A stretch of DNA of 64,000 nt from Antedon mediterranea (lineage: Eukaryota > Animalia > Echinodermata): contig NC_092671.1 in the NCBI RefSeq assembly GCF_964355755.1, forward strand, positions 15,493,742-15,557,741. The letters are read 5' to 3'. The notes under the pieces are model-generated. The model made no database searches, was not told the DNA's origin, and worked only from the letters and a program-made list of their open reading frames with translations. A program made the position numbers and the translations under genes. Shown here piece after piece: positions 14,582 to 28,600 of this stretch. Position 1 is the stretch's first letter. Every line of letters starts with the position of its first letter.

Positions 14582-16985
14582 AATGAAGTACACGCTGATC
14601 GTTTTTGCAGTTGCTCTTTTTGTAGCTGGAGGTAGGTTAAAACTAAACAATTGCAACTTTGATTCACGAAAGTGTGTTTAAAAGTTTCGGTTAAAACTAC
14701 TTTAATTAAGTCATCTTCAACGTCAACGATCATCTATTTAAGGAGGTTATGGTGAGTCTATGACTATGAGTTTGAACATTTTAGGAGAATTGATATGAAA
14801 TGACATGACAATCAACGCCTATCATTTTAAGTTTTCATATATTTTTAGTACAGGATTTACAGAATGTTTTAGATGAATAAAAGGTCTCTCCCTATATAAT
14901 TATATATATATATATATCCGTCTTAAAGATTCAAATTCAAAATGCGACCTTTTTGCAACGGAATTTGCCATAACACGATTACTAATGAAATTTGAAGTAG
15001 GCGCCTTAAAATTCCAACAATTTAGGTGAATTGTACCTTGTTCAGAGAATTAGCATTTTAACTATTTGTTTGTTAATTATGGGATTTGTATTGCTACTCC
15101 AAAATCTTAAATATTAATATAATACGTGGAAATATAGAAAAGTTGAGATTTTATAAGAACAAAAATGCAGACAAAATACAGATAAATTAGCTGGAGACTA
15201 ATAATACTGTGTAACATAGTTTGTAGTACGATAGATAGAAAACAGTTCGATTAATTAAGCCGATTTTCCACTAGGCGAATAAAGCTGACACTTTTGATTC
15301 GCGCGAACAAATTCGCCTAGTGGAAAATCGGCTTAAAAGCTGACACTTTTGATTCGTGCGAACAAATTCACCTAGTGGAAAATCGGCTTAATTAATCGAA
15401 CTACGTACTGTAGTCATTTTTTTTTATGAACAAACAAACAAACAACAAATTAATTCGCTTAATGGAAAATCGGCGATGATAATGGAAAGAGAACACTAAT
15501 CAATACCGTGCATGGTACTGAATGAATCCGGTATGTACCAGGTACTGAATTTTACGGTATCATGTCGTGCTGTCTGCATTGACCTGAACGTTTTCTTGGA
15601 TGGAGAAATATGGATTACTACACATCCCATTGTTATTTCCGTTTCAGTCGAGTTTTCTAAAAGATTAACAAAAATTCAGATATAACAGCAAATCTATAAT
15701 AATTTATAATAATATAATTTTGTCTCTAATTACTTCTTCTTAATTTTAAATAGTGTCTATCATTGAAATTCAATAGAAACTTGGAAATGGTATATAATGG
15801 CTTGGTATACAAAGATTCATAAAAATACAAAAATGCAAGCATAAGCACAACAATCAAAAATAAAAAACGGTTGTGGTCGTTAAATGAAAAATATAATTAG
15901 GCAAATAATGATATAATGTTATTGACATTTATTTTATTTATAATCATGTAATTTTAATTCTATACTATTTATAAATTGAATCTTGAATCAAATTGATCCT
16001 CAATTAATTACGTAATAACTTGGACTACTTAGAAAGCACTGATTTTTATTTGTTTTAGCTGGTGCTATCGACTGTTACGATTGTCAAGAATGTAGTACAC
16101 CAAAAAACAGCATCACCTGTCCAGAAAACCAGTTGCTTGGTGAATTCGTATGTGGCTTGGCAGTTTCGGGTGACCGTAAGTATACTTTTCATCTGGCTAC
16201 CAATATAATGCAGTAATGTTCATAATTATTATCATTATACACTAAAGCAGCTTGGTTCCCACTAGGATTTATAAGCGTAACACAAGTCTTTTCGACCAAT
16301 CACGACGAGATATGGTCCACTGGTCGTGTTTGGTCAAATTCCGTGCCGTGCGCTTACGTCGTTGCGTTGAATCGGGAACCGCCAAGCTTGGTACCCACTA
16401 TGACGCAAGCGACTGTTTGAATTATCCATATAGCTTAAAGATGTATTGTGCCCCAAAAACATGAAAAATAAATATTAATAAAGTCGGATTTTGAATAGGC
16501 CATTTGTAGTTTTAATCAAGCCAATCACTTCCGCAAAAAAAACACGAAAAATGACAAAAGAAACGGATAAATTCAACCAAAAGGCAGCCAATTTTACTAT
16601 TTTTTGCTTTAAATTACAGTTTTTGTTTTGTCACAAAAAGTAGATGAAAATATTAATACGCATGCGCATTAGTGAACATTTTCGCAAAACCGGCTTCATG
16701 ATTGGAGGTCCATGCATTGGTAGTTGCGTTGCGCTCATTTGCGTTCTATCTATTGATTGAACTTTATTATACAAACGGACGGTTTCATTTTTAGGTAAAG
16801 ACCGAACCTGCCTTGCTAAATCTGCATGTGATCTTCTGAGCCCAAAATGTGACGATGATACACAAACTAACTGCTTTACATGCTGTAGTGATAAGGATAA
16901 CTGCAACTCATCTGCAATTGTAGGAATTAATCTTCTGACTGTAGTCAGCGTTGTTTTGATCAGTTTGTTCTTTTCAAGACAGTAG
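14582..16985 (+). CDS. Ly6/uPAR (LU, three-finger) domain protein, secreted, GPI-anchor type; 3 exons at 14582..14630, 16059..16175 and 16795..16985
   Basis: Exon 1 is a signal peptide MKYTLIVFAVALFVAG with donor G|GTAGGT. Exon 2 is AGAIDCYDCQECSTPKNSITCPENQLLGEFVCGLAVSGD. Exon 3 is RKDRTCLAKSACDLLSPKCDDDTQTNCFTCCSDKDNCNSSAIVGINLLTVVSVVLISLFFSRQ*. It has 10 Cys with the C-terminal CCxxDxCN signature and a hydrophobic tail typical of GPI signals. Phases are 1/1, consistent. Confidence 0.8.
15245..15412. mobile_element. Small foldback/MITE-like element with about 35-bp TIRs (gttcgattaattaagccgattttccactaggcgaa...) and an internal duplicated 56-bp unit, in intron 1 of the Ly6-like gene
   Basis: Direct reading: the left end 15245-15280 is the reverse complement of the right end 15378-15412. 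The unit aagctgacacttttgattcg(c/t)gcgaacaaattc(g/a)cctagtggaaaatcggcttaa occurs twice. Confidence 0.6.
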
Positions 16986-19527
16986 AAGAGCGGCAAGGCG
17001 TGGCCTACGATAGAAGGGTGTTTCTCCTCTCTCGATGATGTCGTTTAATAATTAAATTTCAATTCTAACTGGCAACTCTAAAAAAACAACATTTGTTGTT
17101 GGCAAATTTGTTTGGATGATTTTTATAACATTTTTAATCCCAAATGCAGTATTAAAAGCACAATTAATGTAGAAAAAGCAATATATATCTCATCTCAACT
17201 TTACTAGTCTACTGAATTAAAAATGTAGGCAGCTATGTACACTTTCAAATGAAAGTTTTTAAAGTTTTGTAACTAACTTTTTAAAGATTACTTTTAAACA
17301 ATTTACACTGTAATCCGCATGCAAATTAGATGATTTTGTACTCTTTTACGATCTTTTCTTTAAAAATAAAGTATTTGATTTTAAAGTGTCTTCTGGTTGC
17401 ATTCTTACATTTGCGGCAAAGTCAGTTATAATATATTTAAATAACATACAGAGTGATGCTCTGCCTGTAATTTAAAGAAAAAATTGCTTTTAATATTGAT
17501 TGATTAACATAATCAATATTTACGATACCAGTATATGAGGTGCCTGGTAGTATATGCATATTAGGTGCCTGGTAGTGTGTATGAGAAGCCTGGTTGGTTG
17601 GTTTCCATGTCTGAAGTAGGCCAAAATATTACTAATTATGAGAACTAAATTTATACAGTCAATTATATAATATTTAGGAAATGGTGTACTGTTCTACCGC
17701 ATCCAATAAAATCCGGAATATGTTAGGCCTATATGTTTTTAATATATATACCAGTTGAGGTTGAATTTATTTCTAAATGAACACACAAATGATTCACACT
17801 ATTCAATTTTTCGCTTTGAGACAACAAAATACAATACAAATACAAAACAAAAAGTACAAAATCCACGTAGGCCTATAGTATCTAACATGGTGCTAATAAT
17901 ATGGTAAAAACTATTAGGTATGGAGTCGTAATAATATGATATTAAAGCTGAATGATTTATCAAAGATGTTACGCTCAAGAAAAGACATAGAAGATGGAGT
18001 AAACATTTCTTAATTTCTTCATTAATCAACACAGAAAACTACAGGTAGTATGGTAGTTTATGATAGTTCATATTTTGGTATGTTTAATTCCACAGACCAT
18101 ATATTAGATGCAGGGGCTGTCATATCATAATAGTCAGCAGTGCTGATTTCAAATGCCTAATTGTATATATATATATATAATATATACACACAAACATCAT
18201 ATTTTCGATAGCAGATTAACTTTGCCCTGTAAACTCTAAAAGAAATGTTTACTCCATTTTCTACCAAAATAACAGGAATGTGCACGTAGAATTTAACTTG
18301 AGCCATACATGTGAGCACTAACTTGAATGCAGCTTTCCCCTTCAAGAACTGAATATTCAAATGTTTCTTTTGTATCATAAGTCGCTTTATAACAAATAAC
18401 AACATACAAGAATATTAGCATCTGTGGATGTCATTTAATATACAGTTACATTTCAAAACTGTTGTCAAACTGAAGAACCATAGATAAAGTTTTTATAAAT
18501 TCAAATAATATATTATTTTTATCAATGCTAAAAGATAAAATGCTATATTATTACACTGTGGGAGGAACCCTATATTTTTTTACAAATAAATTCATACCCC
18601 TATAAGAAAAAAAAACAATGCAAAATAATAAATGCTATGCAATATATATTATAGTTCTTTTTAAATAAACTCATATTCTATCATTATTATATTACTGTAT
18701 CATGGTTTAAATAATAAAATAAAAATAATATTCAGAAAGGATTATTTTCACTGTGTTAAAGTAATATTAATCATATTTGAAAGGTTTGGCATTTGATACA
18801 TAATTTAAATACTAATATGGTGATCATTCGAGGTCAAATTACATAAAATAAGTGATAAAACATTTCATTTTGAGAGTACAAGGTCAATAATTTATAATGT
18901 TCTTCACCCCTTTTTAGTCGATTATCAAAATTAATACTAAAACATTGTTACAAAGTAGAAAGTATTGAAACAAGAGAGAGATAGTTGAAATAATTCTACA
19001 CAATATATTAATAGTTATACTTAGTATTTAGAACAATTGTGTGTACAGTCGACTACTATCTTGACTGATATAATATAATTATTATGTTGGTTTGGGCATT
19101 ACATTACTAACTGCCATCAAGACAGGTCAAATTAAGGTCAAGTCAGGTCAAAACATGTCAGTCGCACTATAATAAACTATAAAAAATACTGCAATCAATT
19201 CCATGAAATTACAGTAAGTATAAAATGTATGAGTCATGCATTGAGTAAATCTACATCAGGAAAGCATTTGAAATACACACACGAAAACAGTAAAACATAC
19301 AGTACTTTATAGAATTATTACAATATAAATCTACCAGGAATCCATTACAATATACTAAAAATGAATTTACATTTTCAATATATATTTTATAAATTGTAGA
19401 TAAACTCAAGAAATATGTGTCCTACATTAATATTAATTATAATACTTCTTTTCCAACAAGGACTGTGTTCCACTAACCATCTGGAAAAGAGGCCTTAATA
19501 TCAATGTGAAAGTCGAATCAAATGTTA

Positions 19528-19654
19528 GGCATCACTTTTAAGGAAGTATACATTTCCAAGTTTGTCTCCGCAAGCGATGAATTTGCCGTGTTGTCTTTTG
19601 GTGGCTGCCATACTGGTTACAGGGGCCAGACAGTAAAACTGACCAATCTGAAGT
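19528..19654 (-). CDS. TEP1: TEP1 last coding exon (IGQFYCLAPVTSMAATKRQHGKFIACGDKLGNVYFLKSDA*)
   Basis: Acceptor ttcag|. Matches human C-terminus LAVGDVQGNVYFLNWE. Stop TAA = plus 19528-19530. Confidence 0.8.
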
Positions 19655-22600
19655 ATTTAACAAAAACCATATTAGTCATAGTGTACTAGAAACAATTGAA
19701 GACACCAGGGTGCGTATCCAGCATTATAGATTAGGGGTGGAGGGGCTAAATATTTCATAAATGATAAAAACGATCTGCCGGGTTGCAGAAGTAGTCATTA
19801 TCTTATTTTAAAAAGACATGGCTGTTCAATTTTAGGGGGGGGGGGGGGAAGCCTGATTAGCCCTGCCTAAATTCGCGCCTGTCACACTAACTAAATACTA
19901 TTCAACAAGTCTACAATTAAAGAAAATATTTGGAACAGACAAGCAGATTAGTTACATTTTAACGGAAAAAAAATGTATACAAAAAAAAAGGGAAAAAAAA
20001 GAGGCAAATCACAGATATCTGTGTCTGTATATGCCCATATAATATGGACACAATGACATCAATACCATATTTTGTCAAACTAATTTTATAGTGTGGACAA
20101 AGGTTAAGAGATTCAAAAGAATTTTTTTTTTTTCAAATTTTAAATAGATAAATTTTGTCTAGATACCAATACTTAAACTTATTGTTTACACCATAGAGAT
20201 ATGTTTACATGAATCCAAAAGTAATGTAAATATTAAATGTAGTATCTGTATCAAATAAAAACCAAAAATAATATTGCTGTTGATGCTGTTTTTTGCCAGA
20301 ACATGATAATGAATTAATGCAAATCACACACTTAAATCAATAGTAGCCTACCTGTGAGCGTGAAGCTTTAGACCATAGCTTTACAGTTCCATCAAGTGAA
20401 GATGTTACATACACATCACCAAGGTTCACCAAATCTGTAACAGCACCTTTGTGGATCTGGGAACATTCCTTTAAAATAAATTGGAGTATTATTATTTCTT
20501 AAATAATTCAAATACAATTCTACAGGAGAATTTCTCCTTCGGGACACCCTTACTCATGGGAAACCCCTATTAACAGACTCTTTCAACTGAAACAAACGAG
20601 GGAAAACTTTATGTTTTATCACTTCAACCAACCTCTATTCAGTGGACACCCTTATATTAAGGGACACTATGTTGGAACCGGGAGATGAATCCTTTTATAG
20701 AGTTCTATTCTAATAAGGCATTCGCTTACACACCACAAAACTGATGAATAAGCGCCTTCGATAACTCCAGAGGACGCCATATTTACAAGGTAAATCGGGA
20801 CAAAAAATTCCATCTAGGCCATAGCGCAGTGATGAAAACTTACATCATCGCGCTAGCCTATATGGAAATTGTTGTCCCGATTGACCTTGTAAATATGACG
20901 CCCTCTGGAGTTATCGAAGTTGCTTATATGCACAGCAGTTTAGCATTAAGATGCATTAACACTTGCTGTTCATCAATCTCTTTCAGTGTACATGATACAA
21001 CAACATTTCATTTTCAACAACATTATTAATCTAAACACTTACAATTGCAGTGTGCTCTATCGAGTCTGTATCTGAAACTACAAATAATTCTCCTGAATAG
21101 TTGCCAACCATAAAGACAATATCCTTCTTGTGACCACTGGACATATCGATGTCCACCACTGTTGCCCACTCTGGGTCGGAACTGTTACTTAGATTGAAAG
21201 ACAGTAATATCTAAAAATGGACAAATTAAGTTTGTTATTGTGTGAAAAAAAAGAAATTAATGAAGAGAGGTATAAAATTATAACCTTTTAATTATACATA
21301 AAAAAGGTAATGTAACCTTCAAAATATGCACAGAAAAGGGGATTAGGTTCTGCAGAATTGAATAAATAAAACATACTGTACTGACATTGATATAGCCCAT
21401 AATAATAACATGCAATTTAGTTTAATTTGTATGCTCAATATCCATTTTGATACATTATATTTTAACCAAATATTGTGCTGTGAGGTGTAACATAAATGCA
21501 CTTTTATATGCACTTACTGGTTTCTCTCCTTGAACTGCAAGTTGGGCATCACATGATACTACAGCAAAATTCTCTTTGCTCCACATTTTGAGGCCTAACA
21601 TTGAATCATTAATGCTGTTAAAAACAAAAAAAAGAACATTAATAGCTGTTCATTATAAATATATTGTTTAGTGTCAAGTTCAGATATGTTTATTGTTACC
21701 ATTGAATTTCATCTAATCACTTTATGAGGAATAGCCTAAGGCTCAAAATATGGAGGAACAACTGGCAGAAATGACAGATGTTGTTGGTTGCATGTTATTG
21801 AACCAACCTCAAGGTCACATGTGGAGTCTGAACTCGTGATGTATATAACATACACCAGTGCACAGTATGTTATTCATAAACCGATACAATGAAACACAAT
21901 ACAGTAGATACATTTGCCTAACTATTTCCTTTTTCCTGACTATTATATTGAACATATTGTAACGTTGTATTTGTGTGAGGTTGTTGTACGTTACTTGAGT
22001 GGTGGATTCAACGCACTCCCGCCGTAAATAAAAAATCTGCTAAATCACTTTATCATAAATGTTATCTTTATTCAAAAGGGTGTTGATATAAAAGCACATA
22101 TAATATATCCAGTCTACCTGGATTAATCAAAGTTGATTTAAATTTTATTTCTATAATATGTGATCCAAAAATCAGCTACAAAACTCCAGTATATATCAAA
22201 GATACTACGGTAATCTATTCTCTAACTTTTCTTTAAACTTTTCTTATCCTCCTTGCCAGTACATCCATATTTAAGAAACGATCCTATTTAATATGCATGT
22301 ACTGGGAGGGGGACTATTTGGAAAGGGGAACATTTTCCTTGATGATGAGGAAAAAGCAATTAGTGATAAAGGGTTGTTGACCTGATGGTCAGAGTGTTAC
22401 ACTATCATACTTACCCTAAGTTGTCCTTAATTATCTTGCACTCTCTTAGTTTTCCATTAATGGTATTGTACACTTTGATTACATTATCACTGTACAACAC
22501 ACCAAGATCTTTACCAGGCAGAGGGGACATGGCTACAACTGAACACCCATTATTAATCATGGATGATTTCCTACATTGTAAATAAACAGTTTTTTATTTA

Positions 22601-25600
22601 TGCAAAATATAAATCAAAGCAATTGAACAATAACAATACTAATGATTTGTAACATGCACTTCTCTCCACCATTATTGTCGAAGACACAATTTTCAAATTT
22701 AGGGAAATGTAGTGTAATACACCATATCCTATCCCCTTCACAGTTCATATAGAGTATAAATTGGCCGATAACTGTTGAATTTGAATCTTTAATGTTGCAT
22801 GTAATGTGTATTGTGGAACATGAACCTGATATACTATGGTGTTCCTTGCCAAAAAGGCCTGAGGAAAATTTAGATTTCTCTTATTAAACTTGTAAACCTA
22901 CCTCAATTTATAAATTCCACTGATGTTAAGCACATTCCAAAGGGTTACAGCTCCCATGTTGTCTCCTATGGCAACCAGATTATTTTCAATGAAGCAAGTA
23001 GCTGTCAAAGCTTTTTCAGAAACCTTAATTTAAAAAAAAAAATTTTTTTTAAATAAAATTTAGTCTACTAGAGGGTGAGCTCGCTCCCCCTCTAGGAAGT
23101 GTAGACGATGGTTCTCGGAATGATAATGTTCTCCTTATACGTTTTCTGTCGGTTACCATTATTGAAAATGCTTGACATTCGTAAAACTAAACTACTTTGT
23201 TTCACAGTGTTTTAGATGATTAATAACATTTTAAAGTATAGTTTTTATTGTTTGGTAGGGCCCTTTGGGGAGGCGGAGGTCATTTGAGGGAGGTGCTTAT
23301 TCGAGGGATATATGTTAAATTTTTTAGTTTTAATAATATGGTAATACATTTATAATCAAATGAAATCCTCTAATACAGTAGATATGAAAAGTGGTAAAAA
23401 AGAATAACAAATGTGGGGGGGGGGGGGGGTTATTATTCAAAGTGATGTTTTATTGGAGAGGCGTTTATTCAAATGAATACCATCCTAATAATTATTAATA
23501 CATTATTTTATTTAATCATCTTTTGAAACTGCCGTAACAGAGTGGGCCCAAGAAAGAAGACATTACGGCTTGCAACATGGGCAGACATCTCGGTCCTAAC
23601 GGGACACAGGAAGATATAGCCTACAGTTATTCCTGCAAGCTTCCTCAATAAAACTCAGCTATCGGGATTTCACTCGAAAAATGTCTTATCATCAAATCTC
23701 CCTATGTAATTTTATAATACTATTCCCCACAATATATTCTGATTCTTTATGACATATATTTAATTTGATCTTTATTAATTTGCAGTATAATTTAACTACT
23801 GTACCTTCACACCTAAAATAAACAAAAAACTGAAATGGCTATGACTAATGGCCAACTTAAGCTGCACTCCTACTATCTGATTTTTTTTTCATCTTCCAAA
23901 GGGACACTGTATTGATTGATGGAAAGTGCCTGTTTCCAGTCACCTTTAGGGTCAAATCTATTATTTTAACTGCTCCCTTGTGTTTAAAAGAGAGAAAATA
24001 TTTGAAACTAAGGTTGTTGCAAGGTGAACTTATCTTAAACCCGGAAATAACTTTGACCGGGAAGAATTGAAATTGAGAAGAAAATCTAATGTTGAAATCA
24101 TAAATGTTGTTAAAAAACTCTTTATAATATCTTCCTAAGATATAAATATGGAACAATAGCGTCGGCGTGCACACTAATGTTATCAAATCTACGTTTCGCG
24201 GTACATCTCGGATAGATAAGGTAGGTATCCAAGGCGGAGATTTGTACCGAAGTTTTTGCATTGTGCTCGCCTATGTCAGAATTAACCATAATTTATATAT
24301 AGATATGTCTGCTTGTATTTCTACATTACACTTGACATTTAATTTTCACTAGGTTTTACCTTTTTTTTCATCTCAATTAACATCCGGTCACTTTCACCCA
24401 TTTTTATTTATAAATGCCATTTGCTTAGCAATGGATGCAAACTGGGGATTTTTACTCCAAGAGTTTTAATATATTATCAGTCTGTGGTCCATGGGTTGTT
24501 GTTTTTATATTAATATAAAATATATTGTATTTTTGTATATGTATACTGATTATGAAATAAAGAATAAATGAAGTGAATATATAAATCTAGAGTAATGAGA
24601 ATTTCGCTTCACTATAAAATATATGTTCAATTTAACGATTTAGCTTTTTGCTTACAATATATGTCCTATATGTTACGTTTGACCATTAAAAATATTACTG
24701 CAATTAGTGCACAAATGGCAATTCTAATTGAAAAAAAAACCTATTTACATGTATACACGAGTGTTAATATGGATTAGAATACTCCATTAGGTTAATCTTG
24801 GCAATGGAAATTGACCTTTTACAATATACATGTACACAAGCATGCTACAATTACGGCATGATCATAAAGCTAACAGATATATCTATAAACAGAGGACTGT
24901 AAAACACACCTTTATACAGGCATCTTGGACTGGATGTGTGGATTCTTGTTCTGTCAAGTTCCATACAGCAGCTTGTCCATCTCTAAAATAAATGTAATAT
25001 TTGAAATATAATAAAATCTACTAGAATATTAAATAATTTCAGATCAAATTGTAAATAATTTGAAAATACTGTATATATATATATATATTGAAAAGGATAA
25101 GTCATGCACTTTTGATTCTTGAAAATAATGTAAAAATAGATTAAAAAGTTGAATTCTTAGTAGATGTGTTCTGACCTTTATTTGGAGTTACATAATATAT
25201 TGTTTCTGTGGTCTAGGTATGAATGCCAGGCTAGTGACTGGAGGTCATGGGTTCGAATCACACCCAATAATTAAGTGTTTTCAATATGTACTTTGCATTA
25301 ATATGTACAATAGTATGCAAGAGTATGGCAAACCTCTGCTCAATTAATCAAAAAGATATAAAAAGACCGTACCTTCCTGTAGATATGGCAATAGTACCAT
25401 CAGGTGAGAGTGCCATAGCTGTGACCTCTCCATTATGACCTTGCAAAGGTTCAGTGTCCGCATCCACTTGATATTTCCAAAACTTGATGGTCTTATCCAG
25501 AGATGATGTCACTAATTGACCATCCTTGCCCACTGCCACAGATGTCACTCGGTCTGAATGTCCAGTAAGAGTGGATAATTCATTACCCTGTTAAAAAAAA

Positions 25601-28600
25601 GGAAAGCCAGGCTTTGTGGATGATGATCATACTAATTTTATTTCATTCTTCATGGAAATTTGTTGCTACATGATATATATAATACATACATACATACAAT
25701 TCAAAATATAATTTCTAAACAATACCTGCAAAGGCTTCCAAAACTGAACGGCGCCTCCATCAGTTGCAATTGCAAGGAGGACATCTTCCATCATCACCTC
25801 TTTGTCTTTCACTTTATCAAGTTTCTTTGTGCTGTGTGTGTCCTTCCATTCATTTACAAGACTCTCTGTTACCCATGATGACTTAATGCTGAAATCATCA
25901 TTCTCAAAATCGAGCAGCTCTGTTTCTTCTATTAAAGAAAGTAAAAATATTTTTATCAATCATTTTTTGTAAGTAAAAAGTATTTTGCAAATTTTTGTGT
26001 GTCACGCAGAATAATTCAAATTTGGTTTTCAAGAAACTGGTAAAGACAACAACAAACCTATTTGAGCTTTGACCCTGATATTGCAGGAATTGATCCTTTG
26101 TTGCTGTGGATTGATAGTTGTAATCTCAACTCCTCTCTTGCTCCAAACTTTTACTGTACCATCAGTACTTCCAGATACAATGCAACCAGACTATAACAAA
26201 TGTAAAATTCTTTAAATTCTGTTCAAATATGAAACGAATACAAACTATTTGAATATGACATACTACTGTATACATACATCAAATGCAACTGAATTCACAC
26301 TGCTTTGATGACCTTTGAACTCCTTTTTCACCTCTTCATATTTCTGCATGTCCCACAACTTCAGGGTGAAATCATTTGATCCTGTGACCTATACAAAATA
26401 ATACATGTTTATATAAAATTATATATATAAAAAGGTTTTTTTTAGTATTTACAAACAAATTATTTTTATTTAAAAAAAGTATTACATATTAACATTTTGT
26501 ATAATGTTAATATTAAAGACCCCTTCCCTGCAATTTTGGACGTTTTTTGGAAAATAATACATATATATCACTTTCAAAACATTAAACCATGTCATTCCTT
26601 GTCTTAAATGTACGTTTTATGGTAAATTATGATAAAAAGTGAGAAACAATGCACTACCTAAGTAGCTCGCGGCGATCGACCTCTCGTGGACGGTCTTAGG
26701 CCTAGCTGGTAAACATCGGTAACGTACAAACATCGTACGCTAGCTATATACCTAGCCTGACGTTGTATAGTTGCAGCATTAATTGTCTTTCTATTTTTGC
26801 CAGACTCCGTTGATACAAATTGGAGAAAACCCGGTATTTTCGCTGAAAAGTTAGGAGTCTTCTATTTGTTTTGGCCTCACGATCGATCGAAAAGTGGGTG
26901 AATTACAGGTGAAAAACAAAAATATCAATCCGCGCGCAATGCATTTTGGGATTTATAGCGGGCCGCTATAATTATTAGAATCGACTTATTTTTCACATTT
27001 TTAACCGTTTAAAGACGAAAAAAGTTATCGCAATAGGACCATATAGTATTATTTTTACATTAAATATAGTTTGTGATCTTAAATTAGATCTAAAAAACGT
27101 AGGGAAGGGGGCTTTAATAGTTTTCATTAATATTTAAAGTTTAAATAGTTTACTTACCACCATATCATCCTTGTCAGACCATGCACAGCAATTTATCCAG
27201 TCTTTATGACATGCATTTAAAGTCTTAATTGGTGGAGCATTGCCGTTCCTTTTCACTAGTTTTTCAGTATCCCATACAAGTAAAGACTATACAGATAAAG
27301 AATAAATGGATATATACATGATTAATGCAAAAAAAAGATGATTCAGCCTTCTACCTGCTAATTTATTGTCGAATCTGAACTGAACATCCCATGAGTTTAA
27401 ATTCATCCCCCATCACCCCCCTTACACCAATCCAGAACAATAAAAGTAAAGATTATTGTTGTTTATTTATTTCACTTATATTAATTATTATAATAACAAT
27501 AACAATAATCATAATAACAACAATTACAATAATTAAAAAATAGTAACTACAACAGAATGACTATAATTTTTATGTGTTTAAATTTTAAATGTAAATATGT
27601 ATATGTTTGTATGATGTAGTATGTTTAAGCGGATATTAACCCTTGATGGCATTTGCAGCAATAAAGAAATTGAATTGAATTGAATTGAATTGTTATAATA
27701 CAAAAATTTGAAATATGCTAATTTCTCTTACCATATCTCTACTTCCAGTGACAAACTTTGACCCATCAGCATTAAAATCAACACAGCTGATTGGAGCAGT
27801 GCAGTTTGTGTAAATTTTACAAAGCTCAGAAATTGAGACCCTGAAAAATCAATATTATATAATGAACATGATTAAAACATATTATTTATAACAGAAATAA
27901 ATTATTACTAAACAGTACACGTAATATTCGGTAATAATGTATGCTAATGATTACAAGAAGATAGCATGAATAAACGGAAAGAAAAATAATGAATAATGTA
28001 GGTGGATAAATGAGATGATTTGAGATTGAATAATGGATGAATGATGATTGCATGATAGACAAGTTTAGCTACCTGTTTGATGGACGTTGTAATGGAATTT
28101 TCCACAAGTAAATTACTGCATTTTCACTTGTAGCCACGACAAAGCGCATTCTTTGACTGTAGGCTCCAGCTAAAAGGGCTTTACCTTCAGCTCCTTGCAG
28201 TTCTCTACTCATGTCACCTGATTTGTTTGTCATCTAAAAAATAATGTCAATAGAGAATAAATTGTATGTGATTTGATATGAAACATTTAAAATCTCAACC
28301 CAAATAATCTCACTTGTTATATTGACAATGTTAACCATTTTGGAAGTAAAATAGATTTTATTTCTTACCTATTGATAGAGATAATGATTACTATATTGTT
28401 AAGTTCTGTCTACACGATGTGATGTGCCCATATATTTCATTTCAATTATTTCGTCTCACATAATAATTATTATCATTATATAATTAAATTATAACAAAAA
28501 AATAACAAACAATAGAGAGAGACAGGATTCCAAAAAGCGAACTAAATCAAACTATCAAGTGGGTCTCCAATATGGACACGATGATGTCATATCACTACCA

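Noticed and set aside
23857-24261. ORF 23857..24261(-) of 134 aa inside a TEP1 intron
   Set aside because: It has no similarity to neighbouring TEP1 exons, a hydrophobic or odd composition and no splice-compatible boundaries. It is most likely a chance ORF in AT-rich intron.
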